Below are positions 16,296-26,300 of a DNA stretch of 32,000 nucleotides, piece by piece. Numbering within the stretch: position 1 is the stretch's first letter; each line of letters begins with the position of its first letter. Position numbers and translations under genes: made by a program. The stretch spans positions 1,110,001-1,142,000 of the forward strand of contig NZ_LN831039.1 of the NCBI RefSeq assembly GCF_001457595.1. Reading direction: 5' to 3'. The notes beneath the pieces were generated by a model. That model saw only the letters and a list, made by a program, of their open reading frames with translations, made no database searches and was not told where the DNA came from. This DNA comes from Mycolicibacterium smegmatis. GTDB lineage: Bacteria > Actinomycetota > Actinomycetes > Mycobacteriales > Mycobacteriaceae.

Positions 16296-17884
16296 CACGT
16301 CTTCACGCCACGCTCCTGGGCGTGATCGTCGCGATCGCGGCTCTGGCCGGCTGTTCGCGAGGCCCGGTGCAGACCGGCAATGTCTTCGTCATCGCGATCG
16401 AGTCCGAGGCCGACATCCTCGACCCACAGGTCGCCGGCGGCTGGGTGAGCTGGCGGATCAACCGGCAGATCTTCGAACCGCTTGTCGACGAGGATCTTTC
16501 GATGCCGTCGAGCGAGGCGACGGTGCCGCCGCTGCGGCCCGGTCTGGCCGAGTCGTGGGATATCAGCGACGACGGCCTGGAGTACACGTTCCACATCCGC
16601 AAAGACGTGAAGTTCCACGACGGCACGCCGCTGGACGCCCAGGCCGTCGAGTACAACGTCCGGCGCATGTGGGACAAGTCGTCGCCCATGTACAACGCAC
16701 GTGCCGCAGGCCAGACCGGCTTCGTCTGGAAGTTCCTCGATTCGGTGCAGACGGTCGATGATCACACCCTGAAAATGCGTCTGAGCCAGCCGTTCTCGGA
16801 GTTCCTGCGTATGCTCGCCCAGGGCGGCAACGGTTCCACGGCGATCATGAGCCCCACCGCGCTGCAGACCTACGGCGAAGACGTCGCCGACCATCCGGTG
16901 GGCACCGGGCCGTTCAAGTTCAAAGAACGCATCCGCGGCGAACGCATCGACCTGGTGCGTAACGACGACTACTGGGGCAAGGTGCCCTACATCGACGGTG
17001 TCGTCTTCCGTCCGCTGCCCGACCCGTCGGCCCGCACCGCGGCGCTGCGCTCAGGTGACGTCGACATGATCGCGGTGCCCAATCCCGACAGCATCGACAA
17101 CCTGGTCTCCGAGGGTTATCAACTCTCGGAGGGCACCCCGCCGCACACGTGGTACCTGTCGTTCAACATGAAGGACCGCTACACCTCGATTCCCGAGGTG
17201 CGCCAGGCGATCAACCTCGCGGTGGACCGCGAGGGCATGGCCAAGGACATGCTGCGCGGTTCGGTCACCCCGGCATGGGGCGTGCAGGCGCTGTCGGCGG
17301 GCGGATACGTCGAACGCAAGGACATCTACCAGCGCAACCTCGACAAGGCCCGTCAACTGCTGGCGTCGGTCGGGTTGGCCGACGGGTTCCAGACCACGCT
17401 GATCACCTCGACCGACGGATCCGGGCAGATCATGCCCGCCCAGATGGCCGAGTTCATCCAGCAGAATCTCGCCGAGATCGGCATCAAGGTGAACATCCAG
17501 ACCCAGGAATGGATCTCGTATCTGGGTGTGTGGGCACGCGGCATGCAGGACGGCGTCGGTATGGCCCAGATGTCCTGGGGCATGACCAGCCCGTACTGGC
17601 TCTACATCGTGACGTCGTCGGAACTGCAGGCGCCCAACGGTCCCAACGTCGGGTACTACTCCAGTCCGGCGCTGGACAAGGCGATGAACAACGCGATCAC
17701 CGCGCTCGACCCGCAGGAGGCCGAACAGTGGTGGCGCCGGGCCAACAACATCGTCAGCGACGAGGCCGCGCTGGTTCCCATCGTCAACGACAAGGCGCCG
17801 TACGTGCTGGCGCCGTATGTGTCGGGGTTCATCTCGGCGAGTGAGGAATGGTACGACCTCACCTCAGTGAAACTCGAACAGTGA
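16280..17884 (+). CDS. ABC transporter substrate-binding lipoprotein, peptide/Dpp/Opp family (SBP_bac_5)
   Basis: Lipobox LAGC; LRPGLAESWDISDDGLEYTFHIRKDVKFHDGTPLDAQAVEYNVRRM; VGTGPFKFKE. Alternative start GTG 16292. Confidence 0.93.
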   Translation: MRQPVTRLHATLLGVIVAIAALAGCSRGPVQTGNVFVIAIESEADILDPQVAGGWVSWRINRQIFEPLVDEDLSMPSSEATVPPLRPGLAESWDISDDGLEYTFHIRKDVKFHDGTPLDAQAVEYNVRRMWDKSSPMYNARAAGQTGFVWKFLDSVQTVDDHTLKMRLSQPFSEFLRMLAQGGNGSTAIMSPTALQTYGEDVADHPVGTGPFKFKERIRGERIDLVRNDDYWGKVPYIDGVVFRPLPDPSARTAALRSGDVDMIAVPNPDSIDNLVSEGYQLSEGTPPHTWYLSFNMKDRYTSIPEVRQAINLAVDREGMAKDMLRGSVTPAWGVQALSAGGYVERKDIYQRNLDKARQLLASVGLADGFQTTLITSTDGSGQIMPAQMAEFIQQNLAEIGIKVNIQTQEWISYLGVWARGMQDGVGMAQMSWGMTSPYWLYIVTSSELQAPNGPNVGYYSSPALDKAMNNAITALDPQEAEQWWRRANNIVSDEAALVPIVNDKAPYVLAPYVSGFISASEEWYDLTSVKLEQ

Positions 17885-17894
17885 GGCTCAACCG

Positions 17895-18854
17895 ATGACC
17901 GCAACCATCAGAAATCGTTTACTGTCAACACTTCTCGTCCTGTTCGGGGTCAGCCTCATCGTGTTCCTGCTGCTGCAGCTGGTGCCCGGTGACCCAGCCG
18001 TCACCATCCTCGGTTCCGGGGCAACGGCCGAGGCGGTCGCCGCCCTGCGCACCGAGTTGGGCCTCGACCGCGCACTGCCGATCCAGTTCTTCGACTACCT
18101 CGGCGGCCTCGTGCGCGGCGATCTGGGCCGGTCGCTGACCGTCAACGCCCCGGTCGCCGACATCATGCTGCCGCGGTTCGCCAACACGATCATCCTCACG
18201 GTCGCCGCACTGATCCTGTGCATCGTGGTCGCCGTCCCGCTCGGCGTCATCGCGGCGCACAAGCAGTACAGCATTTTCGACCGCGTCTCGATGATGGTCT
18301 CGCTGGCCGGCGCGAGCGTGCCGGTGTACTGGTTCGGCCTGCTGCTGATCGGTGCGTTCGCCGTCACGCTGGGCTGGCTGCCCACCTCGGGTATGTACAA
18401 CCCGCGTTTCCCCGGTGGATTCACGGATCTGCTGGCGCACCTTGTGCTTCCCGCGATCGCCGCGGCGCTCGTGCCGCTCGCGGTGATCGCGCGGATGACA
18501 CGCAGCGTGATGATCGACATCCTGCAGCAGGACTACATCCGCACGCTGCGCGCCTCGGGCCTGTCGACGAACTCGGTGCTGTGGCGCCACGCCCTGCGAA
18601 ACGCGTTGCCGCCCATCGTCAACATCATCGGCCTGCAGGTCGGGTACCTGCTCGGCGGTGTGGTGTTCGTCGAGGTCGTCTTCGGCTGGCCAGGTCTCGG
18701 CCAGCAGCTCTACACGTCGATCACCCAGCGTGACATCCCGGTGGTGCAGGCCGGTGTGCTGTTCATCGCGCTGGCGTTCGTGATCATCAACCTGCTCGCC
18801 GACGGTGCGGTCGGACTGCTGGATCCGCGTACGAGAAGGAAGGTCGGAGCATGA
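17895..18854 (+). CDS. ABC transporter permease, DppB type
   Basis: LLSTLLVLFGVSLIVFLLLQLVPGDPAVTILG; ARMTRSVMIDILQQDYIRTLRASGLS EAA-like loop. Confidence 0.95.
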   Translation: MTATIRNRLLSTLLVLFGVSLIVFLLLQLVPGDPAVTILGSGATAEAVAALRTELGLDRALPIQFFDYLGGLVRGDLGRSLTVNAPVADIMLPRFANTIILTVAALILCIVVAVPLGVIAAHKQYSIFDRVSMMVSLAGASVPVYWFGLLLIGAFAVTLGWLPTSGMYNPRFPGGFTDLLAHLVLPAIAAALVPLAVIARMTRSVMIDILQQDYIRTLRASGLSTNSVLWRHALRNALPPIVNIIGLQVGYLLGGVVFVEVVFGWPGLGQQLYTSITQRDIPVVQAGVLFIALAFVIINLLADGAVGLLDPRTRRKVGA

Positions 18855-19786
18855 GCACACTGGTCGCGGGACGCACGTTCCCGTGGGTCCGCAGATCCTC
18901 GGCCGGCGGACCCGTCCAGGTCGACACCGACACCCCGAAACCGCAGTGGCGCCTGGCCGTCCGGGCGTTCAGCCGCGACCGGATGGCCGTGGTGTCGCTC
19001 GTCGTGCTGGTGATCGTGACGCTCGCGGCGGTTTTCGCGCCGTTGCTCACGCCCTACAGCCCCACCGCGGGTGACCCGGTGGACCGGCTCGCAGGCATCG
19101 GCACCGAAGGCCACCTGCTGGGCCTCGACGGGCAGGGACGTGACATCTGGACCCGGCTGCTCTACGGCGGGCGCAACTCGCTCATGACCGCGGTGGTGCC
19201 GGTGTTCGTGGTGTTCCCGCTGGCGCTGATGATCGGCCTGTTCGCGGGATACCGGCGCAGCCGCGCAGGTGAGGTGCTCATGCGCATCCTCGACGTGCTG
19301 TTCGCGTTCCCGCTGGTGCTGCTGGCCATCGCGCTGTCGGCCGTGCTCGGCGCGGGGCTCGGCAACGTGATGCTCGCGATCGGCATCACGCTCATCCCCT
19401 ACATGGCCCGTGTCGCCTACACCGCGACGGTGTCCGAGGCGAGCAAGGACTACATCGAGGCCGCACGCGCCTACGGCGCCAACCCGCTGCTGCTGATGTT
19501 CCGCGAACTCATGCCCAACGTCGTCGTACAGCTGCTCGTGTACTCGACCACGTTGTGCGGCCTGATGATCGTGGTGGCCTCGGGTCTGAGCTTCCTGGGC
19601 GTCGGCGTCATCCCGCCCACACCGGACTGGGGCATCATGACCGCCGACGGCAAGAACGTCCTGCTGGAGGGCATCTACCACGTCGCGACCATTCCCGGCC
19701 TGCTCATCCTCGTCGTCTCGCTGGCGTTCAACCTCGTCGGCGACGGCATCCGCGACGCCCTCGACCCACGGAAGCAGACCAACTGA
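18851..19786 (+). CDS. ABC transporter permease, DppC type
   Basis: HLLGLDGQGRDIWTRLLYGGRNSL; YIEAARAYGANPLLLMFRELMPN; ATGA overlap with DppB-like gene. Confidence 0.95.
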   Translation: MSTLVAGRTFPWVRRSSAGGPVQVDTDTPKPQWRLAVRAFSRDRMAVVSLVVLVIVTLAAVFAPLLTPYSPTAGDPVDRLAGIGTEGHLLGLDGQGRDIWTRLLYGGRNSLMTAVVPVFVVFPLALMIGLFAGYRRSRAGEVLMRILDVLFAFPLVLLAIALSAVLGAGLGNVMLAIGITLIPYMARVAYTATVSEASKDYIEAARAYGANPLLLMFRELMPNVVVQLLVYSTTLCGLMIVVASGLSFLGVGVIPPTPDWGIMTADGKNVLLEGIYHVATIPGLLILVVSLAFNLVGDGIRDALDPRKQTN

Positions 19787-20664
19787 TGACACACGCCCTT
19801 GACGTCAAGAACCTGTCCGTGGACTTCCACACCGACAACGGCGTGGTCCACGCGGTCAAGAACGCCGACATCTGTGTGCGCGAAGGCGGAATCCTCGGCC
19901 TGGTCGGCGAATCCGGCTCCGGGAAATCCGTCACGTCGCTGGCGGTGCTGCGCCTGTTGGCCGGCCGGGCCCGGATCACCAACGGAGAGATCCTGTTCCG
20001 GGGCGAGAACCTGCTGGACAAGACCGAGAAACAGATGCGCGCCATCCGCGGCTCACACATCGGGATGGTCTCGCAGAACGCGCTGTCGGCGCTCGACCCG
20101 TCGTTCACCATAGGTGCACAGCTCGTCGAGGTGATCCGGTTGCACCAGGGCGTCGACAAGTCCACCGCGCGGGCCAAGGCGCTGGAGGCACTCGAACTCG
20201 TGGCGCTGCCGGATCCCAAGCGCCGCATGAAGTCCTACCCCCACGAGTTGTCGGGCGGGCAGCGTCAGCGCGTCGTGATCGCGATCGCGCTGTCGTGCCG
20301 GCCCGAACTGCTGCTCGCCGACGAGCCCACCACCGCGCTCGACGCGACCGTGCAGAAGCAGATCCTCGACCTGCTGCTGGACATCAACAAGGAACTGGGT
20401 ACGTCGATCCTGTTGGTCACACACGATTTCGGAGTCGTCGCACACGTGTGCACCGACGTCACGGTCATGCGCCGCGGCGACGTGCTGGAGTCCGGTACCG
20501 CCGATCAGGTTCTCAACAACCCGCAACACCCCTACACCCAGGGACTCATGCGGGCCGTGCCGCGGCTGCACCTCGATGCCACCACGCGCGCCATCCCGCG
20601 CGCGGACCGGCGGTTGTTCGAGTTCCACGGCGACACCACCAAGGAGGCCGCCAATGTCGCGTGA
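19786..20664 (+). CDS. ABC transporter ATPase, DppD type
   Basis: Walker A GESGSGKSVTS, LSGGQRQRVVIAIAL signature, Walker B LLLADEPTTALD. Confidence 0.95.
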   Translation: MTHALDVKNLSVDFHTDNGVVHAVKNADICVREGGILGLVGESGSGKSVTSLAVLRLLAGRARITNGEILFRGENLLDKTEKQMRAIRGSHIGMVSQNALSALDPSFTIGAQLVEVIRLHQGVDKSTARAKALEALELVALPDPKRRMKSYPHELSGGQRQRVVIAIALSCRPELLLADEPTTALDATVQKQILDLLLDINKELGTSILLVTHDFGVVAHVCTDVTVMRRGDVLESGTADQVLNNPQHPYTQGLMRAVPRLHLDATTRAIPRADRRLFEFHGDTTKEAANVA

Positions 20665-21466
20665 AATCTTTGAACCGCTCATCTCGGTCACCGGCCTCAC
20701 CAAGGTGTTCACGGTCCGCGGTGAGGACGGCAAGCGCAGCGAGTTCACCGCGGTCGACGGCGTGAGCTTCGACATCCAGCGCGGCGAGACGTTCGGGCTG
20801 ATCGGCGAATCCGGGTCGGGCAAGACCACGACGGGCCGCATGGTGCTGGGCCTGGAGACGCCGACGTCCGGATCGATCACGTTCGAGGGCAACGAACTGG
20901 TGGGCCTGTCCGATCTCGCGATGCGGCGCTACCGCCGCCACATCCAGATCGTCTTCCAGGACTCCGGGTCGGCCTTCAACCCGCGTCGCAGCGTCGGGGC
21001 GCAGATCTCCTATCCGCTCAAGCTGTTCCGTCTCGCGACACCGGAAGAGGCCCGCAAGAAGACCCTCGAGCTGCTCGAGCGCGTCGGCATGCTGCCCTCG
21101 CACTACGACCGTTACATCCACGAGTTCTCGGGAGGTCAGCGCCAGCGACTCGGTATCGCCCGCGCGCTGATCACCGACCCGGACTTCATCGTGCTCGACG
21201 AGCCGACGGCCGCGCTCGACGTCTCGGTGCAGGCGCAGATCCTCAACCTGCTCAAGGACCTTCAGCTCGAACGCAAACTCACGATGCTGTTGATCACCCA
21301 CAACCTGGCACTCGTCGAGCACATGTGTGAGCACGCCGGGGTGCTCGACCACGGCAGGCTCGTCGAATCCGGCCCGGTGGACCGGTTGCTCACCGAACCC
21401 GGAACCGAGATCACCCGCAAGCTCGTCGACGCCGTGCTCGAACCGGAATTGGAGACCGCGATATGA
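20654..21466 (+). CDS. ABC transporter ATPase, DppF type
   Basis: GESGSGKTTTGR, FSGGQRQRLGIARAL, FIVLDEPTAALDVS. Confidence 0.95.
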   Translation: MSREIFEPLISVTGLTKVFTVRGEDGKRSEFTAVDGVSFDIQRGETFGLIGESGSGKTTTGRMVLGLETPTSGSITFEGNELVGLSDLAMRRYRRHIQIVFQDSGSAFNPRRSVGAQISYPLKLFRLATPEEARKKTLELLERVGMLPSHYDRYIHEFSGGQRQRLGIARALITDPDFIVLDEPTAALDVSVQAQILNLLKDLQLERKLTMLLITHNLALVEHMCEHAGVLDHGRLVESGPVDRLLTEPGTEITRKLVDAVLEPELETAI

Positions 21467-22863
21467 CCGACTCGGCACTCGAACGGGCCACCGACACCGT
21501 CCGGCAGACCATCCCCCAGGTGCGGGCCCAACTCGACCGCGGCGAGATCACCCCGGTCGGCCTGGTGCGCCGCGCGTTGGCGCGCATCTCCCACGTCGAG
21601 GACAAGATCCAGGCGTTCGCGGCGGTGTTCGCCGACGAAGCACTCGCGGTGGCGCAGGAGAGCGCGCCGCAGGCCGGCCCGCTGTGGGGCATCCCGGTCG
21701 CCGTCAAGGACATCTACGACGTGGCCGGCTACCGCACCGGAAACGGATCCCGCGGTGCCCCAGAGCATCCCGCACTGCGCGACGCCGATGCCGTCCGGCG
21801 GCTGCGCGACGCGGGCGCCATCATCCTCGGCAAGGCCACCACGCACGAGTACGCCTACGGCGTCACCACGCCGCCGACGCGCAACCCGTGGTCGCTGGAC
21901 CGCATCCCCGGCGGTTCCAGCGGAGGCACCGGCGCGGCCATCGCGGCAGGCGTGGTCGCGGCCGGTCTGGGCACCGACACCGGCGGTTCGATCCGCATCC
22001 CGGCCGCATTGTGCGGCGTCACGGGCCACAAACCGACGTTCGGTCTGGTGAGCCGCAGCGGTGTCAGCGCACTGAGTTCCACGCTCGACCACACCGGGCC
22101 GCTGGGGCGCACGGTCGACGACACCGTCGCCCTGCTCGAGGTCATCGCCGGGCACGACCCGGCCGACCCGTACAGCTCGTCGGCGCCCGTGCCCGATTTC
22201 CGGGCCGAATTCGACCGGGGTTTGGCAGGTCTCACCATCGGCGTCGCCGAACCATATTTCTGCGACCGGCTCACCCCCGACGTCGCCGCGGCGTTCGAGG
22301 AGGCCATCCACACCCTCGAACGCGGCGGCGCCACCATCACCTCGGTGACGTTCACCGACGTCGACCTGTGCCCCCGCGTCGTCGACGTGGTGTGCGGTGT
22401 CGAGGCCGCGGCATGGCACGCCGCGCAGATCGGTATGGCACCCGAGAAATTCAGCCCAGAGGTGCGGGACGCGCTGCGCCTCGGCGCCTCCTACACCGGT
22501 GTGGAATACCTCGAGGCCCGTCGTGCCCGATGTGCGGTGATCGCCGGGATGAACGCCCTGTTCGACTCCGGTCCGGATCTGTTGATCTCACCCACCATCG
22601 CGATGACCGCGCCGCCGTACGGGTCGACACACGTCGATCTCGGCGGACGCACCGTCGGAGTGCTCGACGGGGTCAACGCACTGACCGTCCCGGCGAATGT
22701 GACCGGGATGCCCGCACTGACCGTGCCTGCCGGTTTCGGCAGTGACGGACTGCCGATCGGCCTACAGTTGATGGGCCGGCCGGGGGCGGACGCGACGGTG
22801 CTCGGCGCAGGCCGGGCCTTCGAGCGGATCGCCGGTTTCGTCGACTTCACCCCCAACCTCTGA
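21463..22863 (+). CDS. Amidase-signature family hydrolase
   Basis: AVKDIYDVAGYRTGNGS, GGSSGGTGAAIAAGVVAAGLGTDTGGSIRIPAALCGVTGHKPTFG (Ser-cisSer-Lys signature). Confidence 0.94.
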   Translation: MTDSALERATDTVRQTIPQVRAQLDRGEITPVGLVRRALARISHVEDKIQAFAAVFADEALAVAQESAPQAGPLWGIPVAVKDIYDVAGYRTGNGSRGAPEHPALRDADAVRRLRDAGAIILGKATTHEYAYGVTTPPTRNPWSLDRIPGGSSGGTGAAIAAGVVAAGLGTDTGGSIRIPAALCGVTGHKPTFGLVSRSGVSALSSTLDHTGPLGRTVDDTVALLEVIAGHDPADPYSSSAPVPDFRAEFDRGLAGLTIGVAEPYFCDRLTPDVAAAFEEAIHTLERGGATITSVTFTDVDLCPRVVDVVCGVEAAAWHAAQIGMAPEKFSPEVRDALRLGASYTGVEYLEARRARCAVIAGMNALFDSGPDLLISPTIAMTAPPYGSTHVDLGGRTVGVLDGVNALTVPANVTGMPALTVPAGFGSDGLPIGLQLMGRPGADATVLGAGRAFERIAGFVDFTPNL

Positions 22864-22877
22864 GAGCGAGGAGAACC

Positions 22878-23069
22878 ATGTCCGATTTCATGCCATCGCA
22901 GGAACAGATTTCCGCGGCGTTCGAGTTCGCGGGCCTGCCCGTGCCCGCCGAGCGGCTCGCGGAGAACCACACCACGTATGCCGAGACACTGGCCCTGATC
23001 CGCAAGGCCTCCACACCCGGGCTGGGGGAGACCGTCCCGGCACTGGGTTTCAAGGCGCACTGGGACTGA
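22878..23069 (+). CDS. 63-aa AtzG/DUF4089-like (GatC-like) small protein
   Basis: MSDFMPSQEQISAAFEFAGLPVPAERLAENHTTYAETLALIRKASTPGLGETVPALGFKAHWD; RBS gagagcgaggag; lies between two amidase genes, as small GatC-like partners do. Confidence 0.6.
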   Translation: MSDFMPSQEQISAAFEFAGLPVPAERLAENHTTYAETLALIRKASTPGLGETVPALGFKAHWD

Positions 23070-23106
23070 CGGCACCCGAATCTGCAGAGCTGAAAGGAAC
23101 ATCCGG

Positions 23107-24513
23107 ATGGAACTCTACGAACTGCCACTGATCGAGGTCGCCGAGAAGATCCGCACCAAGGAGGTCTCACCGGTCGAGGTCGCCGAGTCGTCGCTCGCGC
23201 GCCTGGAGGAGGTCGAACCGCTCCTGACCGCGTTCGTCACCACCACGCCCGAACTCGCCCTCGAGCAGGCCAAGGCCGCCGAAAAAGAGATCGCCGACGG
23301 CAAGTACCGCGGTCCGCTGCACGGAATTCCGCTGGGCGTCAAGGATCTCTACGACACCGCGGGTATCAGGACCACGTCGAGCTCGGCGCAGCGCGCCGAC
23401 CACGTCCCCGACGCCGACTGTGTTTCGGTGGCCAAGCTGTACGACGCGGGCATGATCCTGGTCGGCAAGACCCATACACACGAATTCGCCTACGGTGCAA
23501 CAACGCCCACCACCGGCAACCCGTGGGCGCCGGACCGCACCCCGGGCGGATCGAGCGGCGGTTCGGGTGCCGCGGTCGCCGCGGGCGTCGTGCACGTCGC
23601 ACTCGGTAGCGATACAGGCGGATCCATCCGCATCCCTGCCGCGCTGTGCGGCACCGTGGGCCTCAAGCCGACGTACGGGCGCGCGTCGCGCGTCGGTGTC
23701 GCCTCGCTGTCGTGGTCCCTGGACCATGTGGGCCCGCTGAGCCGCAACGTGACCGACGCGGCCCTGGTGATGCAGGCCATGTCGGGATATGACCGCCGCG
23801 ATCCCGGGACGGCCAACGTGCCCGTGCCCGACATGGTTTCGGGTATCGACGCCGGTGTGGCGGGGAAAAAGATCGGCATCCCGGTCAACTACTACACCGA
23901 CCGGGTCGCCCCCGAGGCCGCCGAGGCAGCGAAGGCGGCCGCGGCCACCTTCGAGAAACTCGGCGCCCAACTGGTCGAGGTCGAGATCCCGATGGCCGAG
24001 CACATCGTGCCGACCGAATGGGCGATCATGATGCCCGAGGCGACCGCGTATCACATGGACTACCTGCGCAATTCGCCCGAAAAGTTCACCGACGAGGTCC
24101 GCACGCTGCTCGAGGTCGGTGCCGCCGAACCCGCGGTCGACTACGTCAACGCGATGCGTCTGCGCACCCTGATCCAGGCCGCGTGGAACGAGATGTTCAC
24201 GGGCATCGACGTGCTGCTGGCCCCCACCGTCGTCGCGCCCGCGACCCTGCGCTCCGACCCGTTCGTGCGATGGGAGGACGGCACCGTCGAGGCCGCGACC
24301 GCCGCGTATGTGCGGCTGTCGGCGCCGGCCAACGTCACGGGACTGCCGTCGCTCTCGGTACCCGCGGCGTTCACGGCCGACGGCCTGCCGCTGGGCGTGC
24401 AGATCCTGGGCAAGCCGTTCGCCGAGCCCGAGATCCTGACGTTCGGCTACGCCTTGGAGCAGAACACCGATACGGTCGGCCGGATCGCGCCGGTCCTGGA
24501 GAAGGTGGGCTGA
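23107..24513 (+). CDS. Amidase-signature family hydrolase
   Basis: GVKDLYDTAGIRT, GGSSGGSGAAVAAGVVHVALGSDTGGSIRIPAALCGTVGLKPTYGR. Confidence 0.94.
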   Translation: MELYELPLIEVAEKIRTKEVSPVEVAESSLARLEEVEPLLTAFVTTTPELALEQAKAAEKEIADGKYRGPLHGIPLGVKDLYDTAGIRTTSSSAQRADHVPDADCVSVAKLYDAGMILVGKTHTHEFAYGATTPTTGNPWAPDRTPGGSSGGSGAAVAAGVVHVALGSDTGGSIRIPAALCGTVGLKPTYGRASRVGVASLSWSLDHVGPLSRNVTDAALVMQAMSGYDRRDPGTANVPVPDMVSGIDAGVAGKKIGIPVNYYTDRVAPEAAEAAKAAAATFEKLGAQLVEVEIPMAEHIVPTEWAIMMPEATAYHMDYLRNSPEKFTDEVRTLLEVGAAEPAVDYVNAMRLRTLIQAAWNEMFTGIDVLLAPTVVAPATLRSDPFVRWEDGTVEAATAAYVRLSAPANVTGLPSLSVPAAFTADGLPLGVQILGKPFAEPEILTFGYALEQNTDTVGRIAPVLEKVG

Positions 24514-24514
24514 C

Positions 24515-24973
24515 ATGGCGCTCGGCACCGGCCTGCGGATCCTCGACACCATCGTCGGCTGGAGCACCGATCAGCCGATCGCAGGCCGGTTGCACGAGCT
24601 GCGCCACCGCCACGCCGTTGAGTACGTGCACCTCGATGCGCACGACCTGGACCGCAAGCGTCTGCGCTTGACATCGGACGCCGGCACCGAGTACGCGATC
24701 GCACTGTCGCGCGACGTCACGCTCGCCGACGGCGCGGTGCTGCTCCTCGACGACGATCGTGCGGTGGTCGTGCGCGCAGGCGCACCGCAGACGCTGACGC
24801 TGCGCGCCGTCGACACCGCGGCGGCCCTGCGTCTCGGGTTCCTCGCGGGGCACCTGCACTGGAAGGTCGATCAGCACGACGACACCCTCGTGGTGCGTCT
24901 GGAGGCCCCGCGCGACGACTACACCGCGCGCATCGCCGACCTGCTGGCGAGCGGCCGGGTCCAGATCACATGA
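24515..24973 (+). CDS. ureE: Urease accessory protein UreE (nickel metallochaperone), no His-rich tail
   Basis: 152 aa; RKRLRLTSDAGTEYAIALSRDVTLADGAVLLLDDDRAVVVRAG...; position directly before ureF. Confidence 0.82.
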   Translation: MALGTGLRILDTIVGWSTDQPIAGRLHELRHRHAVEYVHLDAHDLDRKRLRLTSDAGTEYAIALSRDVTLADGAVLLLDDDRAVVVRAGAPQTLTLRAVDTAAALRLGFLAGHLHWKVDQHDDTLVVRLEAPRDDYTARIADLLASGRVQIT

Positions 24974-25632
24974 CCGATCCGGGCCAGCTGATCGCGGCGA
25001 TGCGGTTCGGCGACAGCGCCTTTCCCTCGGGAGGATTCGCGTTCTCGTCGGGTCTGGAGGGCGCGCACCGCGACGGTCTGGTACACGACGAACGCGACGT
25101 CGCCGTGTTCACCGCCGAACAGTTGTGCGGCCGGTGGCACCGCGGCGACCGCGTGCTGCTGCGCATGGCGTGGACGCACGACGATCCCGGCGACGTCGAC
25201 GCGCTCGCCGAGGCGGTCACCACCATGTCCGTGCTGCGTGAGGCGTCCCGACGTGCGGGCGCCGCGACGCTGTCGACGTTCGCCGCGATCACGACCGCCG
25301 ACCACCTGACCCGCTATCGCACCCGGGTGCTCGCCGGCGACGCCCCGGGACACCTCCCGATCGCGCAGGCGCTGAGCTTCCGCGCGGCCGGGCTGACGCT
25401 GCCGACCGCCGAGGCCGTCGCGGCGTGGCAGGTGGTATCGGGCATCACCAGCGCTGCCCTGCGCCTGGGGATCTGCGGACACCTGGGTGCGCAACGCATC
25501 CTGGGCGACCTCACGGCGCCGATGCTGGATGTGCTCGACCGCGAACCACCCGCAGTGCCCGCCACTTTCACCGCCTACGCCGACATCGCCGCGCAGCGCC
25601 GCCGTGATGGCGTGCGGCTGTTCGCCAGTTGA
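24970..25632 (+). CDS. ureF: Urease accessory protein UreF
   Basis: LIAAMRFGDSAFPSGGFAFSSGLEGAHRDGLV; ATGA overlap with ureE. Confidence 0.9.
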   Translation: MTDPGQLIAAMRFGDSAFPSGGFAFSSGLEGAHRDGLVHDERDVAVFTAEQLCGRWHRGDRVLLRMAWTHDDPGDVDALAEAVTTMSVLREASRRAGAATLSTFAAITTADHLTRYRTRVLAGDAPGHLPIAQALSFRAAGLTLPTAEAVAAWQVVSGITSAALRLGICGHLGAQRILGDLTAPMLDVLDREPPAVPATFTAYADIAAQRRRDGVRLFAS

Positions 25633-25642
25633 AGGAGATCAT

Positions 25643-26299
25643 GTGAACCTCACGCCCACCGAACTCGAACGCCTCACGGTGTTCACCGCCGCCGAGATGG
25701 CGCGACGCAATCTGCGCGAGGGGGTTCTGCTGAGCCATCCCGAGGCCGTCGCGCTGCTCACCGACGAGGTCATGCTGGCCGCGCGCAAGAACCTGGCGTA
25801 CGACGAGGTGGTCGACATGGCCGCGAACCTGCTGCAGGCCAAGGACTGTGAGCCCGGTGTGCCCGACCTGGTGCGCATGGTGATGATCGACGCCCCGTTC
25901 CCCGACGGCACCAAGCTCGTCGCGCTGATCGACCCGATCACCCGGGCCGAGGACGACATCCGGCCGGGGGAGATCATCGTCGGTGACCAACCCGTCGAGC
26001 TGTTCCCTGGCGTCGAGCGCATCACGCTCACCGTGGTCAACCGCGGTGACCGGGACATCCAGGTGCGCAGTCAATCCCATTTCTACGAGACCAACCCCGC
26101 GCTGGAGTTCGACCGTCGCGCGGCATGGGGGTACAAGCTCGACATCGCCTCGGGCGGCGGTGTCCGGTTCGAACCCGGCATCCCGGTCCAGGTCAGCCTT
26201 GTCCCGATGGGCGGTGAGCGCGTGATCCAGGGCTTCTCCGGGCTGGTCAACGGCCCGCTCGACGGTGCCGACCAACTCGCCGAGCAGAAAGGCGCCTGA
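25643..26299 (+). CDS. ureAB: Fused urease gamma-beta subunit (UreA-UreB)
   Basis: GTG 25643; gamma part NLTPTELERLTVFTAAEMARRNLREGVLLSHPEAVALLTDEV...FPDGTKLVALIDPI followed in frame by beta part IRPGEIIVGDQPVELFPGVERITLTVVNRGDRDIQVRSQSHFYETNPALEFDRRAAWGYKLDI. Confidence 0.93.
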   Translation: MNLTPTELERLTVFTAAEMARRNLREGVLLSHPEAVALLTDEVMLAARKNLAYDEVVDMAANLLQAKDCEPGVPDLVRMVMIDAPFPDGTKLVALIDPITRAEDDIRPGEIIVGDQPVELFPGVERITLTVVNRGDRDIQVRSQSHFYETNPALEFDRRAAWGYKLDIASGGGVRFEPGIPVQVSLVPMGGERVIQGFSGLVNGPLDGADQLAEQKGA

Positions 26300-26300
26300 C

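Noticed and set aside
16280-21466. Interpreting the ABC system as a NikABCDE nickel importer serving the urease.
   Set aside because: The SBP has the generic peptide-type SBP_bac_5 sequence and the genes lead directly into amidases. Nickel specificity cannot be supported from sequence alone, so I left it as Dpp/Opp-type.
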